Assembly: GCA_031428495.1 (NCBI GenBank)
Contig: JANPPM010000215.1
Coordinates: forward strand, 640-64,639
DNA length: 64,000 nucleotides
Direction: 5' to 3'
From: Novosphingobium sp.
GTDB taxonomy: Bacteria > Pseudomonadota > Alphaproteobacteria > Sphingomonadales > Sphingomonadaceae
The notes below the pieces were generated by a model, which was not told the origin of the DNA, ran no database searches, and saw nothing but the letters and a program-made list of their open reading frames with translations. Positions 30,993-39,225 of this stretch are shown here, piece after piece. Position 1 is the stretch's first letter; each line of letters opens with the position of its first letter. The translations under genes were made by a program, and so were the position numbers.

Positions 30993-32134
30993 GCAGCAAC
31001 CCTCTCATACAAGGGGCGAATCGACTTCTCGAACATGCTGAGCGCCCGGGCACAAGCCTGATCCATATTGTAGTAGGCATAGTCGCCAAGACGCCCCGCA
31101 AAGAGCACCCGCCCCGCCAGTTCTTTCGCCTTGGCCTGATAGGGCGCCAGCAGTGTCGCAGTTTCTGCGGTCGGGATCGGGTAATAGGGCTCGTTCTGGC
31201 CGGGCACATAGGCCTCCGGATATTCGTAGATCAGCAAGGGATCGGCATCGAGATTGCCGTCAAGGTGGCGCTGATCGGTGATGCGGGTGAAATCATACTC
31301 GTTGGGATAGTTGACGGTGCCTACCGGCTGGGCCGACCCGCGCCCTTCCTCAGCGAATTCGAAGCGCAGGCTGCGATAAGGCAAGGGACCGCTCGAATAA
31401 TCGAAAAACTCATCGATCGGCCCGGTAAAGACCATGTGTTCATATTGCACCGCACTGGAAATCTCGCGCCATTCGGTCGCCAGTGAAACTGTGATCAACG
31501 GATTGTCGAGGATCCGCTGGAACATACGCGTATAACCGTCGGCAGGCATCGCCTGATAGATATCCTGAAAGTATCGGCTGTCGCGGCCGAGAAAAACCGG
31601 GACGCGCGCCGTGACATGCGGGTCAAGATCCTCGGGGCGCAGCCCCCATTGCTTGAAGGTGTAGTTCTTGAACACCTTGTCATAGGCGAAATCGGCGATG
31701 AAGCGCAGTTCGGGATCGTCGCTCTGCCGCAGCTTGAGGATCGGTACTTTCTCGCCAAAACCATAGGTCGACAGCAATTTGTCACTGATCCGTTCCGCCA
31801 TGCGCGCGGGGAACAGCTGCTCGATCGTTTGCAGGTTAAACGGGATCGGCACCAGCTCACCGTCGATGTGACCAAGTACCCGGTGATGATAGCGCCGCCA
31901 GGCGGTGAAGCGTGAGAGGTAGTCCCAAACCATCTTTGAATTGGTATGGAAGATGTGCGGTCCATAGCGGTGGACCAGCAGGTCGCCCTGTCGCTCGTCG
32001 TAGGCATTGCCGGCAATGTGATCGCGCTTGTCGATCACCAGCACTTTCTTGCCAAGCTGGGTGGCGATCCGTTCGGCCAACACCGCTCCGGTGAAGCCCG
32101 CGCCAACAATGATCCAGTCGTATTTCCGTGCCAT
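30989..32134 (-). CDS. glf: UDP-galactopyranose mutase
   Basis: IVGAGFTG, HIAGNAYD, YGPHIFHTN, KQWG, LPYRSL, PYYP, GRLGDYAYYNMD. Confidence 0.96.
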   Translation of the reverse strand: MARKYDWIIVGAGFTGAVLAERIATQLGKKVLVIDKRDHIAGNAYDERQGDLLVHRYGPHIFHTNSKMVWDYLSRFTAWRRYHHRVLGHIDGELVPIPFNLQTIEQLFPARMAERISDKLLSTYGFGEKVPILKLRQSDDPELRFIADFAYDKVFKNYTFKQWGLRPEDLDPHVTARVPVFLGRDSRYFQDIYQAMPADGYTRMFQRILDNPLITVSLATEWREISSAVQYEHMVFTGPIDEFFDYSSGPLPYRSLRFEFAEEGRGSAQPVGTVNYPNEYDFTRITDQRHLDGNLDADPLLIYEYPEAYVPGQNEPYYPIPTAETATLLAPYQAKAKELAGRVLFAGRLGDYAYYNMDQACARALSMFEKSIRPLYERVAA

Positions 32135-32160
32135 AAGGTTACCCCTGCAATTGCCTTGTG

Positions 32161-33090
32161 TCAGGCGGCCGCGAACAGTTCGGGACGCTCGCCCAGCAGT
32201 GCCCGCATCCGGTCATACTGGCGGCCGAACGAGAAATGCCCGGCGACGACGCGCGGATGGACGACGATCGGGCGCGAGCGGTCGAAGCATTCCTTGCACA
32301 GGAATTCTTCATCGGCCCCCAGCGTATTCTTTCCGGCCCACAGCCGGTGGCGATAGACGGGAAAGTAGCGAATTTCTTCCCAGAAGCGCCGCTCGAAGAC
32401 GATCAGCCCGATGCTGAACTTGATCGGCGAGACCAGCAAAGGCGGCTCGTCTTGCTGCAAGAGGTCTGCGGTGCGCTCCAACGGGGCGGTGTGCTCCCAC
32501 ATCCAGCGTGCGGCCTCGGGATCGTCGGAAACCGGAATCCCTGTGGTGGCGTATTGCGCAACGCCGAAGCGCTGTTCAAAGGCCTGGAGCAGTCCCAGAC
32601 GGTCGAGCAGCTGGCGGTAGCTGTATCCATTGACCGGGATCGAAGGAGCAACAAAGCCGGGGTTGACCACCCCGGCCTGCTTGAGCTCGCGGTAATAGTC
32701 GATCAGCTTCTGGATCGATCCGGGAAGCAGGTACATATCTTCGTCGAGCTTCACGACCATCTCGGCCTGCGGATGCAACTTCAGGCAGACATTCTGCGCC
32801 AGCGCGACGTCATTGGTCTTGGTGCTGAGATAGGTCCAACCGTGCGCGCGAGCGATCGCGGAGATGTCCTCGCTCCACAGGCCGGGTGAGACCAGACAGA
32901 CGGTCGCACCATCCGGGATCGCAACGGCGAAACGCGGCATTACTGTGGCCCATAGGTCAGGCTTGTACCCCGCGAGCATTACTACGAGCGTTCGCGCGTC
33001 CGGCACATGGTCCACAATACGGTACCGGTCGTGAAGCTTCCAGGCATCCACCAGCCGCTGCACCCAGGATTTGATCGTGTCGTAAACCAT
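32161..33090 (-). CDS. Hypothetical protein, possible GT-A fold glycosyltransferase
   Basis: VVKLDED (DxD-like), GADEE, HFSFG.Q; co-oriented directly upstream of glf. Confidence 0.55.
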   Translation of the reverse strand: MVYDTIKSWVQRLVDAWKLHDRYRIVDHVPDARTLVVMLAGYKPDLWATVMPRFAVAIPDGATVCLVSPGLWSEDISAIARAHGWTYLSTKTNDVALAQNVCLKLHPQAEMVVKLDEDMYLLPGSIQKLIDYYRELKQAGVVNPGFVAPSIPVNGYSYRQLLDRLGLLQAFEQRFGVAQYATTGIPVSDDPEAARWMWEHTAPLERTADLLQQDEPPLLVSPIKFSIGLIVFERRFWEEIRYFPVYRHRLWAGKNTLGADEEFLCKECFDRSRPIVVHPRVVAGHFSFGRQYDRMRALLGERPELFAAA

Positions 33091-33112
33091 CAAAACGTTA
33101 CCCCTTGCCGTG

Positions 33113-34240
33113 TCAGACCGTCTGGCTGGTCTGGATGCTGCGCTTGCGCCCCCGCGCCGTCATGAAATCAAAGCTTGGATTATCGACCCATGATCGCCCG
33201 AACGCCTGCATCGGGCGCTCAACCCAAAGATGCAGGGCCGCGGAAATGAGAACAGTGGCAGCTACAGCTCCGCCAAGAGCAAGGATGATGTTGACCGGCG
33301 TTTGCGGCAGGAATTGAACTGAGAGCTTTTCAAAGGTCTGCCCGATCAATGGATGGGTCAGATAAACCGCAAAGCTGGCGTCGCCGAGAAACAGCAGGGT
33401 GCGCGATCGAAGCGCAAGCCCTCCTTTCTCAAGCAGCAGCGCGGACATGCACAGCAACACCGACGGCAGGCCGAACACGACGATCCGCCACGCCTCGGGC
33501 ATCGTATCAACTGTGGCAGCGAGCGCGAACAGGACAAGCGATGCAGCCCCGGCAAGCCATCCGGCCCAGTTCAGCCAATCGCGCGATAGGCCGCTCGCGG
33601 CGTTGCTTAGGTAAAAGCGTCCAAGCAGGAAGCCCGCGAGAAATTCGATCAGCAGACTGTTGAGCAGCAATTCGGCATAGCTCGTGGCCCCAGTCCCCTG
33701 CCGCACCCCAAGCACAAAACCGGCAAGGCAAAGGCATGTCAGCATGATCGCAAGCACGGCCGTCCGCCGCCGCTGGCCTGCGATAAAGGCAGTGGCGGCA
33801 ACAAAGACATAAAACAGCATTTCAAAGTTGAGCGTCCAGCCAACAACCAGAATCGGACCATGCGTGCTCGGCTGAAAGAGGTAGGACGCGGCAACATCCC
33901 AGGCGTTCCAGCTGTGCAGGCCTAGTGGTGACATTCCTGACAGCAACATTGCCAGAACCAGAGTGGTGATCAGCCAGTAAAGCGGCACGATCCGCCAGAC
34001 ACGCTTGCGCAGAAAATGCCAGGGATCGAACTGGTCGCGGGCCGTGGTAAGCGCCATGACGACACCAGAGATAACGAAGAAGATATCAACCCCCGCAGCT
34101 CCGACATGAGTCTCAGGCCATTCTGTGAGGTAGCGCCGTGGATATTCGAAGAAGTGATGGGCAACGACCATAAAGGCGGCAACTGCCCGCAGCACCTGCA
34201 AGCTGAGAATGGTCGCGCTTTTGCCCGCCTGTTCCATCAT
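33113..34240 (-). CDS. Acyltransferase family 3 (ExoZ-like)
   Basis: LQVLRAVAA, GVDIFFVISG, RIVPLYW, GWTLNFEM, GDASFAVYLTH. Confidence 0.9.
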   Translation of the reverse strand: MMEQAGKSATILSLQVLRAVAAFMVVAHHFFEYPRRYLTEWPETHVGAAGVDIFFVISGVVMALTTARDQFDPWHFLRKRVWRIVPLYWLITTLVLAMLLSGMSPLGLHSWNAWDVAASYLFQPSTHGPILVVGWTLNFEMLFYVFVAATAFIAGQRRRTAVLAIMLTCLCLAGFVLGVRQGTGATSYAELLLNSLLIEFLAGFLLGRFYLSNAASGLSRDWLNWAGWLAGAASLVLFALAATVDTMPEAWRIVVFGLPSVLLCMSALLLEKGGLALRSRTLLFLGDASFAVYLTHPLIGQTFEKLSVQFLPQTPVNIILALGGAVAATVLISAALHLWVERPMQAFGRSWVDNPSFDFMTARGRKRSIQTSQTV

Positions 34241-34269
34241 GCCCGCCTGTGGTTGCCCCGGTCCGGCAC

Positions 34270-34839
34270 CTAAAATCGCCTCTCACCTACCCGCAGGGTA
34301 TCGCCAGGCAGAATCAGTATTGTCGGATTGGTCTTGAAATCGAGACGAGTCTCCACCGTCTCGCCGCCGCGCCGGATAAAAACGTGGCGGCGCGCGGCGC
34401 GGTAGGAATAGCCGCCCGCCGTCGCTATCGCCTGCTGCGCAGTCAGCCCCGAAGCGAACGGGTATTCGCCCGAGCGAACAACTTCACCGTAGATATAGTA
34501 GGGCCGGTACTTGATGACTTCGAGCGAGACCTGCGGAAGATTGACGTAACCGTCAGCCAGAGTGGCGCGAATCAGCTCCTGTGCCTCGCCGACGGATTTG
34601 CCGTACACCGCGATCCCGCCGACCAACGGAAAGGCGATCTTGCCAGCATCCGAAATGCCGAATTCGCCAGATAACGACGGCTCGTTGAATACAATGATCC
34701 GAACTTTATCACCCGGCCCCAATGCATAGCCAACATCGCTGACGGCCTCACCCGTGACCATCTGCTGCGCCGCAGCAATAGATGCGGCGTGAAGCGCAAA
34801 GAACGCTAAGAAAAGCAGGACGATTCGCGTGTGTCGCAC
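34270..34839 (-). CDS. Short polysaccharide export protein (OPX/Wza family)
   Basis: Y.LGPGD, G.I.FPLVG, GEV..SG.Y, A.AGG, PGD; GTG start after GGGAGG; 189 aa. Confidence 0.88.
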   Translation of the reverse strand: MRHTRIVLLFLAFFALHAASIAAAQQMVTGEAVSDVGYALGPGDKVRIIVFNEPSLSGEFGISDAGKIAFPLVGGIAVYGKSVGEAQELIRATLADGYVNLPQVSLEVIKYRPYYIYGEVVRSGEYPFASGLTAQQAIATAGGYSYRAARRHVFIRRGGETVETRLDFKTNPTILILPGDTLRVGERRF

Positions 34840-35372
34840 AAAACCTCCCTGGTTCCAGCCACGAAAATGGCCACCAACTCTTGGGATTTCAAACATGACA
34901 CGAGTCGTGCCGCACCGCAACATAAGACATGCGAAAATTTTCCAAAGTTGTCTCAAAAACGCACGTTTTCTGCTGGATACTGCAATTACCGCATTGCAAT
35001 AAAGTTATGGCACGATCGCTTGCGAACCAGCCTGTCGCCGGATTAAGCTGATCGGTCGTTGCTGAATGATTTCGACGAATCCCAAGCAAGTGCTTGCTCC
35101 GTTCGCAGATGCAAAACTTTTGTTGCAAATTTATGCCCCGGATTGCCTTTGACGGGCTGGATTTCCGCAACAAACGTTGGCGGATCGGGCGACTGGACAG
35201 CGTTGCGACTGGCCAAAATGGCACGTTTCTGGGGCAGTGCGAGGCTGGCAGGCTTCCTAGCGGGCCCAGTTTGCAGTAAAGACTGTGGCGCAGGCTCCAC
35301 ATTTACCACGCGAGAGCTGCAAGGAGATTGGCCACAGAGCCAAAGCGATCCGGGTTGTAAAGGATAAGCGGT

Positions 35373-35594
35373 GTGAGAGTGATGGCAATTGAAAGTGCGC
35401 AGGGGCACGACAGTGCCACGCCAGTCGAACGGCGATCCCATGCCGAGATCCGCAAACCCGCTGCATTCGACATTCCGGAAATTCAGCCGCCCGATGATAC
35501 CGCGGCCAGAAAATCTGTTCCGGCCCGCGGCATAGTCTGTGGAGTGCTCGCAAGCGCCGCAATCTGGGCGCTCATCGCAGTTTTCGTTTTTTAA
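35373..35594 (+). CDS. Small protein with C-terminal TM helix
   Basis: 73-aa ORF, AAGGA upstream, hydrophobic tail GIVCGVLASAAIWALIAVFVF. Confidence 0.55.
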   Translation: MRVMAIESAQGHDSATPVERRSHAEIRKPAAFDIPEIQPPDDTAARKSVPARGIVCGVLASAAIWALIAVFVF

Positions 35595-35672
35595 CGAACC
35601 GGACCACCTGCCGTTAATCGAGAATTTACCACCCGGGCGCTATCGCTGGGTGGTGCCGATGGAACTTCAATC

Positions 35673-35849
35673 ATGATTCATGAATTTTCCCGCAATCGCT
35701 CACTGCTCGGTCTCGTTCCGACTGCGCCACTCGGTCAGGATATCGCCCTGGAGCATAGCCGCTGGCCCGGTGCCGTGAGATTGGCGATCATAACGGGCTT
35801 GCCGGCATTGCTTTGGGTTGGAATTATTTCCGTTTACAGCTTGGTCTGA
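35673..35849 (+). CDS. Small (58 aa) protein with C-terminal TM helix, absent from the ORF track
   Basis: Hand translation: MIHEFSRNRSLLGLVPTAPLGQDIALEHSRWPGAVRLAIITGLPALLWVGIISVYSLV*. Confidence 0.55.
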   Translation: MIHEFSRNRSLLGLVPTAPLGQDIALEHSRWPGAVRLAIITGLPALLWVGIISVYSLV

Positions 35850-35891
35850 AGAGCGCGGACTGAATTACGCCCTGCCAATCCCATACATGGC

Positions 35892-37325
35892 TTAATGCGT
35901 CATCGCTCCGCTGACGCCAGAAGCCCGTAACTGTAGCTCGATATCACCCAATAACGCTTGCAGCGTCGCTTCGTCGGGCGCTTCAGCGCGGGCTACAAGC
36001 ACTTCCTGCGTATTCGATGCGCGCAGCAACCACCAGCCACCACGCGCCGTGACCCGCGCGCCATCGGTGCGATCAACCTCAGCTCCGCAACGGTCAAGCC
36101 GGGCAAGCACCTCTTCGACCACTGCGAACTTGCGGGCCGCATCAACCTCGAAACGCAGCTCCGGCGTGTTGACCATGGCAGGCATGGCCGAACGCAGATC
36201 GGTCAGCGAACCGCCAAGCTCGTCCACCGCCTCGATCAGGCGCAGCGCGGCGTAGATTGCATCGTCGAAGCCGTACCAGCGCTCGCCGAAGAAAATGTGG
36301 CCGCTCATCTCGCCGGCCAAGGGGCTGTGGCATTCCTTCATTTTGGTTTTGATCAGGCTGTGGCCGGTCTTCCACATCAGCGGATTTCCGCCCAGTTCGG
36401 CGATGCGGTCATAAAGCGCCTGGCTCGCTTTGACGTCGCCAATGATCGTCGCCCCCGGCAGGCGCGCCAGCAGCGGCTCGGCCAGGATCGCCAGCAGCTG
36501 GTCGCCCCAGACCACGCGGCCCATGGCATCGACCGCACCGATCCGGTCCCCGTCGCCGTCAAATGCAACGCCGAAATCGAGTCTCTTTTCAGCAACGAGG
36601 CGCTTGAGGTCTGCGAGGTTGTGTTCTTCGGTGGGATCGGGGTGATGGTTAGGAAAGCGTCCGTCGATCTCGGCAAAGAGCACGTGATGCTCGCCCGGCA
36701 GGCGCTTGACCAGCTGCTCGACGATGCGGCCAGTCGCACCATTGCCGCAGTCCCAGCCAATCCGGTGTGGCTTGAGCGTCAGACCCTGGAGCAATCGCTC
36801 CAGATAAGCATATTCGATGTTGTAGCCGACAATATCCCCCTCGCCGTCAATCCAGTCCTCGATCTCCGCCATGCGCGCCAGCCGCTGGATGTCTTCGCCG
36901 AAAAAACTGGCACCATTCATCACCATCTTGAATCCGTTGTGCCCGGAAGGATTGTGGCTGCCGGTGACCTCGATACCGCCCTGGACCTGCAATTCGGCCT
37001 CAGCGAAATAGAGCATAGGGGTTGGACCGAGGCCAATGTCGACGACGGTGCAGCCGGTCTCGACCAACCCAGCACACAGCGCCTGCGACAGCTCCACAGA
37101 ACTCAGCCGTCCGTCATAGCCTACGGCCACGCGGCTGCCGCCATGCCGCCGGATTTCACTGGCGAACGAACGCCCGAGCGCCCAGGCGTCGCGCTTGTCG
37201 AGTGTTTCGCCGACCACGCCGCGGATGTCGTATTCGCGCAGGATTGACGGATCGAAACGGTGACCACTGCAGCTCGGCATCAAAGGAGTGCTGCGGGCTA
37301 GGGGCATGTTGAGCATCGACGGCAT
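35892..37325 (-). CDS. pgmG: Phosphomannomutase/phosphoglucomutase (PgmG/AlgC family)
   Basis: REYDIRG, VTGSHNP, FDGDGDR, GEMSGH, RASNT; AGGAGG RBS before ATG 37325. Confidence 0.9.
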   Translation of the reverse strand: MPSMLNMPLARSTPLMPSCSGHRFDPSILREYDIRGVVGETLDKRDAWALGRSFASEIRRHGGSRVAVGYDGRLSSVELSQALCAGLVETGCTVVDIGLGPTPMLYFAEAELQVQGGIEVTGSHNPSGHNGFKMVMNGASFFGEDIQRLARMAEIEDWIDGEGDIVGYNIEYAYLERLLQGLTLKPHRIGWDCGNGATGRIVEQLVKRLPGEHHVLFAEIDGRFPNHHPDPTEEHNLADLKRLVAEKRLDFGVAFDGDGDRIGAVDAMGRVVWGDQLLAILAEPLLARLPGATIIGDVKASQALYDRIAELGGNPLMWKTGHSLIKTKMKECHSPLAGEMSGHIFFGERWYGFDDAIYAALRLIEAVDELGGSLTDLRSAMPAMVNTPELRFEVDAARKFAVVEEVLARLDRCGAEVDRTDGARVTARGGWWLLRASNTQEVLVARAEAPDEATLQALLGDIELQLRASGVSGAMTH

Positions 37326-37462
37326 AGGAACCTCCTGGACAAGCACCATGCTTGCAGTGCCTGTGCGCGCATCCCGCCCGGTTCGACTCATCGGCTTGTA
37401 TCCACAGGAGTCGGTGGATTGATGAAGACTACGTTAGCCTAGATCGCGGTCAATCAAATTTT

Positions 37463-37477
37463 TTGTGCAGTGCACCA
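37463..37477. promoter_or_regulatory. PhaR/AniA-like box TTGTGCAGTGCACCA (matches on both strands)
   Basis: Exact consensus in both orientations in the divergent pgm/galE promoter. Confidence 0.65.
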
Positions 37478-37598
37478 TTTTGGGATGGCGGAGCTTGGCA
37501 TTGCTGGCATAATCAGGTTTGCGCTTGCGAAATCATTGGGAAATGGCATTTCTGCGCGACTGCGCGGACAGGGGCTTCGCGCAAGGGGTTAAGCACGC

Positions 37599-38603
37599 AT
37601 GAGCGACAAACCATCCGTACTGGTCACCGGCGGCGCCGGATATATCGGCAGCCATGCAGTTCTGGCGCTGGTTGACGCTGGCTGGCCAGTGGCAGTGATA
37701 GACAATCTTTCAACCGGCTTTCGCTGGGCGGTACCCGATCAGGTCGCGTTTTACGAAGGCGATATTGCCGACGAAGCGCTGCTCGCGCGGATATTCGCGG
37801 AACGGGGCACCCGCGCGGTGATGCATTTCGCCGGATCGATCATCGTGCCGGAATCCGTCAGCGACCCGCTCAAATACTATCACAACAACACCGCCAAGAG
37901 CCGCACCCTGATCGCTGCGGCAGTCGCGGCAGGCGTGCCGCATTTCATCTTCAGCTCGACTGCGGCGACCTATGGTGCGCCCAAAGTCTCGCCCGTCTCT
38001 GAAGACAGTCCAACGCTGACGATCAATCCCTATGGCACGTCCAAACTCATGACCGAGCTGATGCTCGCTGACGTCGCTTTCGCCCACGCGCTCAACTATT
38101 GCGCCTTGCGCTATTTCAACGTGGCCGGAGCCGATCCACAATGCCGCACCGGGCAGTCGACAGCGGGTGCAACGCACCTGATCAAGGTCGCTGTGGAAGC
38201 GGCGCTGGGCAAACGCAGCCATGTCGACGTATTCGGCACCGACTATGCAACGCCCGACGGCACCGGCGTGCGCGACTATATCCATGTTTCCGACCTTGCA
38301 GCGGCGCACGTCCTTGCGCTTGAGGCGCTGATTGCCGATCCATCCCGCTCACTGACAATGAATTGCGGCTATGGCCGCGGCTTTTCGGTGCTCGAAGTGC
38401 TCGACGCAGTCGACAGGGTGACCGGCAAGACCCTCGAACGCCGCCTCGGACCCCGCCGCGCCGGCGATCCCGATTCGCTTGTCTCGAGCAACGCCCGAAT
38501 TCTCGCTACCTTGCCGTGGCAGCCCCGCTTTGCCGACCTCGACGCGCTTGTCGCGCATGCCCTGGCATGGGAAGAGAAGCTGACCAAAATCCGCCTCAGC
38601 TGA
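37599..38603 (+). CDS. galE: UDP-glucose 4-epimerase
   Basis: TGGAGYIGSH, FSSTAA, PYGTSK, LRYFN, DGTGVRDYIHV. Confidence 0.95.
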   Translation: MSDKPSVLVTGGAGYIGSHAVLALVDAGWPVAVIDNLSTGFRWAVPDQVAFYEGDIADEALLARIFAERGTRAVMHFAGSIIVPESVSDPLKYYHNNTAKSRTLIAAAVAAGVPHFIFSSTAATYGAPKVSPVSEDSPTLTINPYGTSKLMTELMLADVAFAHALNYCALRYFNVAGADPQCRTGQSTAGATHLIKVAVEAALGKRSHVDVFGTDYATPDGTGVRDYIHVSDLAAAHVLALEALIADPSRSLTMNCGYGRGFSVLEVLDAVDRVTGKTLERRLGPRRAGDPDSLVSSNARILATLPWQPRFADLDALVAHALAWEEKLTKIRLS

Positions 38604-38650
38604 TTTCCTTGCCGCTCGGGATACCCTGCGCGCCTGTGGATTTATTTGAA

Positions 38651-38671
38651 TGGTAGCGGGGAGGAGGGATC
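38651..38671 (-). other. tRNA 3'-end-like remnant (possible att scar)
   Basis: Minus strand reads GATCCCTCCTCCCCGCTACCA, resembling the 3' T-stem, acceptor strand and CCA of a tRNA-Met; no full tRNA present. Confidence 0.5.
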
Positions 38672-38689
38672 TACGAGCCCGTAGCGGTA

Positions 38690-39065
38690 GCCAATGGCTG
38701 CGACCAAGCGCTCCTGCGCCAGCATCCGGGCCAGATACTTGAATCCCTCACCACCCTCACCCAGTAGGTTCTCTTCGGGAACCGTCACGTCATTGAAGAA
38801 CGGTTCGGTGGTGTCCTGGCTCTTGAGGCCCATCTTCTCGAGCTTGCGGCCGCGTTCGAAGCCTTCCATGCCGCGTTCGACCAAGAACAGGCTGATGCCG
38901 TGCGGCCGGTGGAGAGCTCGGTCATCGCGACAGCGAGGATCGTCTCACCAGAGATGATCCCCGGCATGACGCGTGCCTACTGCTCCTCGCTGCCCAGCAT
39001 GTGGATATAGGCGGGCAACAAGATCGCTCTGTAGGTTGATATAGAAGCCGATGTCGCCGTGCCGC
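38690..39065 (-). pseudogene. Decayed acyl-CoA dehydrogenase fragment
   Basis: ACAD motifs split across frames: YIHMLGSEEQ*, MPGIISGETILAVAMTE, HGISLFLVERG..GFERGRKLEKMGLKSQDT...NLLGE.GEGFKYL...LAQERL; both ends missing. Confidence 0.85.
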
Positions 39066-39119
39066 TCCGCCTTCGCCACCGGTACAGAATTCCGCGTGGA
39101 TGGCGGCAGCACAATTTGA
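39066..39119 (+). pseudogene. C-terminal remnant of an SDR gene
   Basis: Translates SAFATGTEFRVDGGSTI*, the typical SDR C-terminal motif, with no upstream gene body. Confidence 0.7.
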
Positions 39120-39146
39120 AAATGCTGCGCAACATGAAGCGCCCGA

Positions 39147-39166
39147 GCCTCACACATGCTATAGGT
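39147..39166 (+). promoter_or_regulatory. lux-box-like site GCCTCACACATGCTATAGGT
   Basis: CCT-N12-AGG, overlapping TTTCAA (-35-like) with TAGGCT 16 nt further on. Confidence 0.45.
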
Positions 39167-39225
39167 TTCAAGCTGATCTAGCGCCGTTAGGCTTGGCATG
39201 TAAAACAATCCTAGGAGAGCATGCC

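Noticed and set aside
35008-35023. Sigma-54-like promoter TGGCACGATCGCTTGC
   Set aside because: GG-to-GC spacing is 11 nt rather than the strict 10.
35958-37247. 429-aa plus-strand ORF (similarly 42487-43704, 47821-49005, 21623-22609)
   Set aside because: Antisense to well-supported genes; typical shadow ORFs.
38604-38720. Intact tRNA gene
   Set aside because: Only about 21 nt of 3'-end-like sequence; no T-loop, anticodon arm or D arm.
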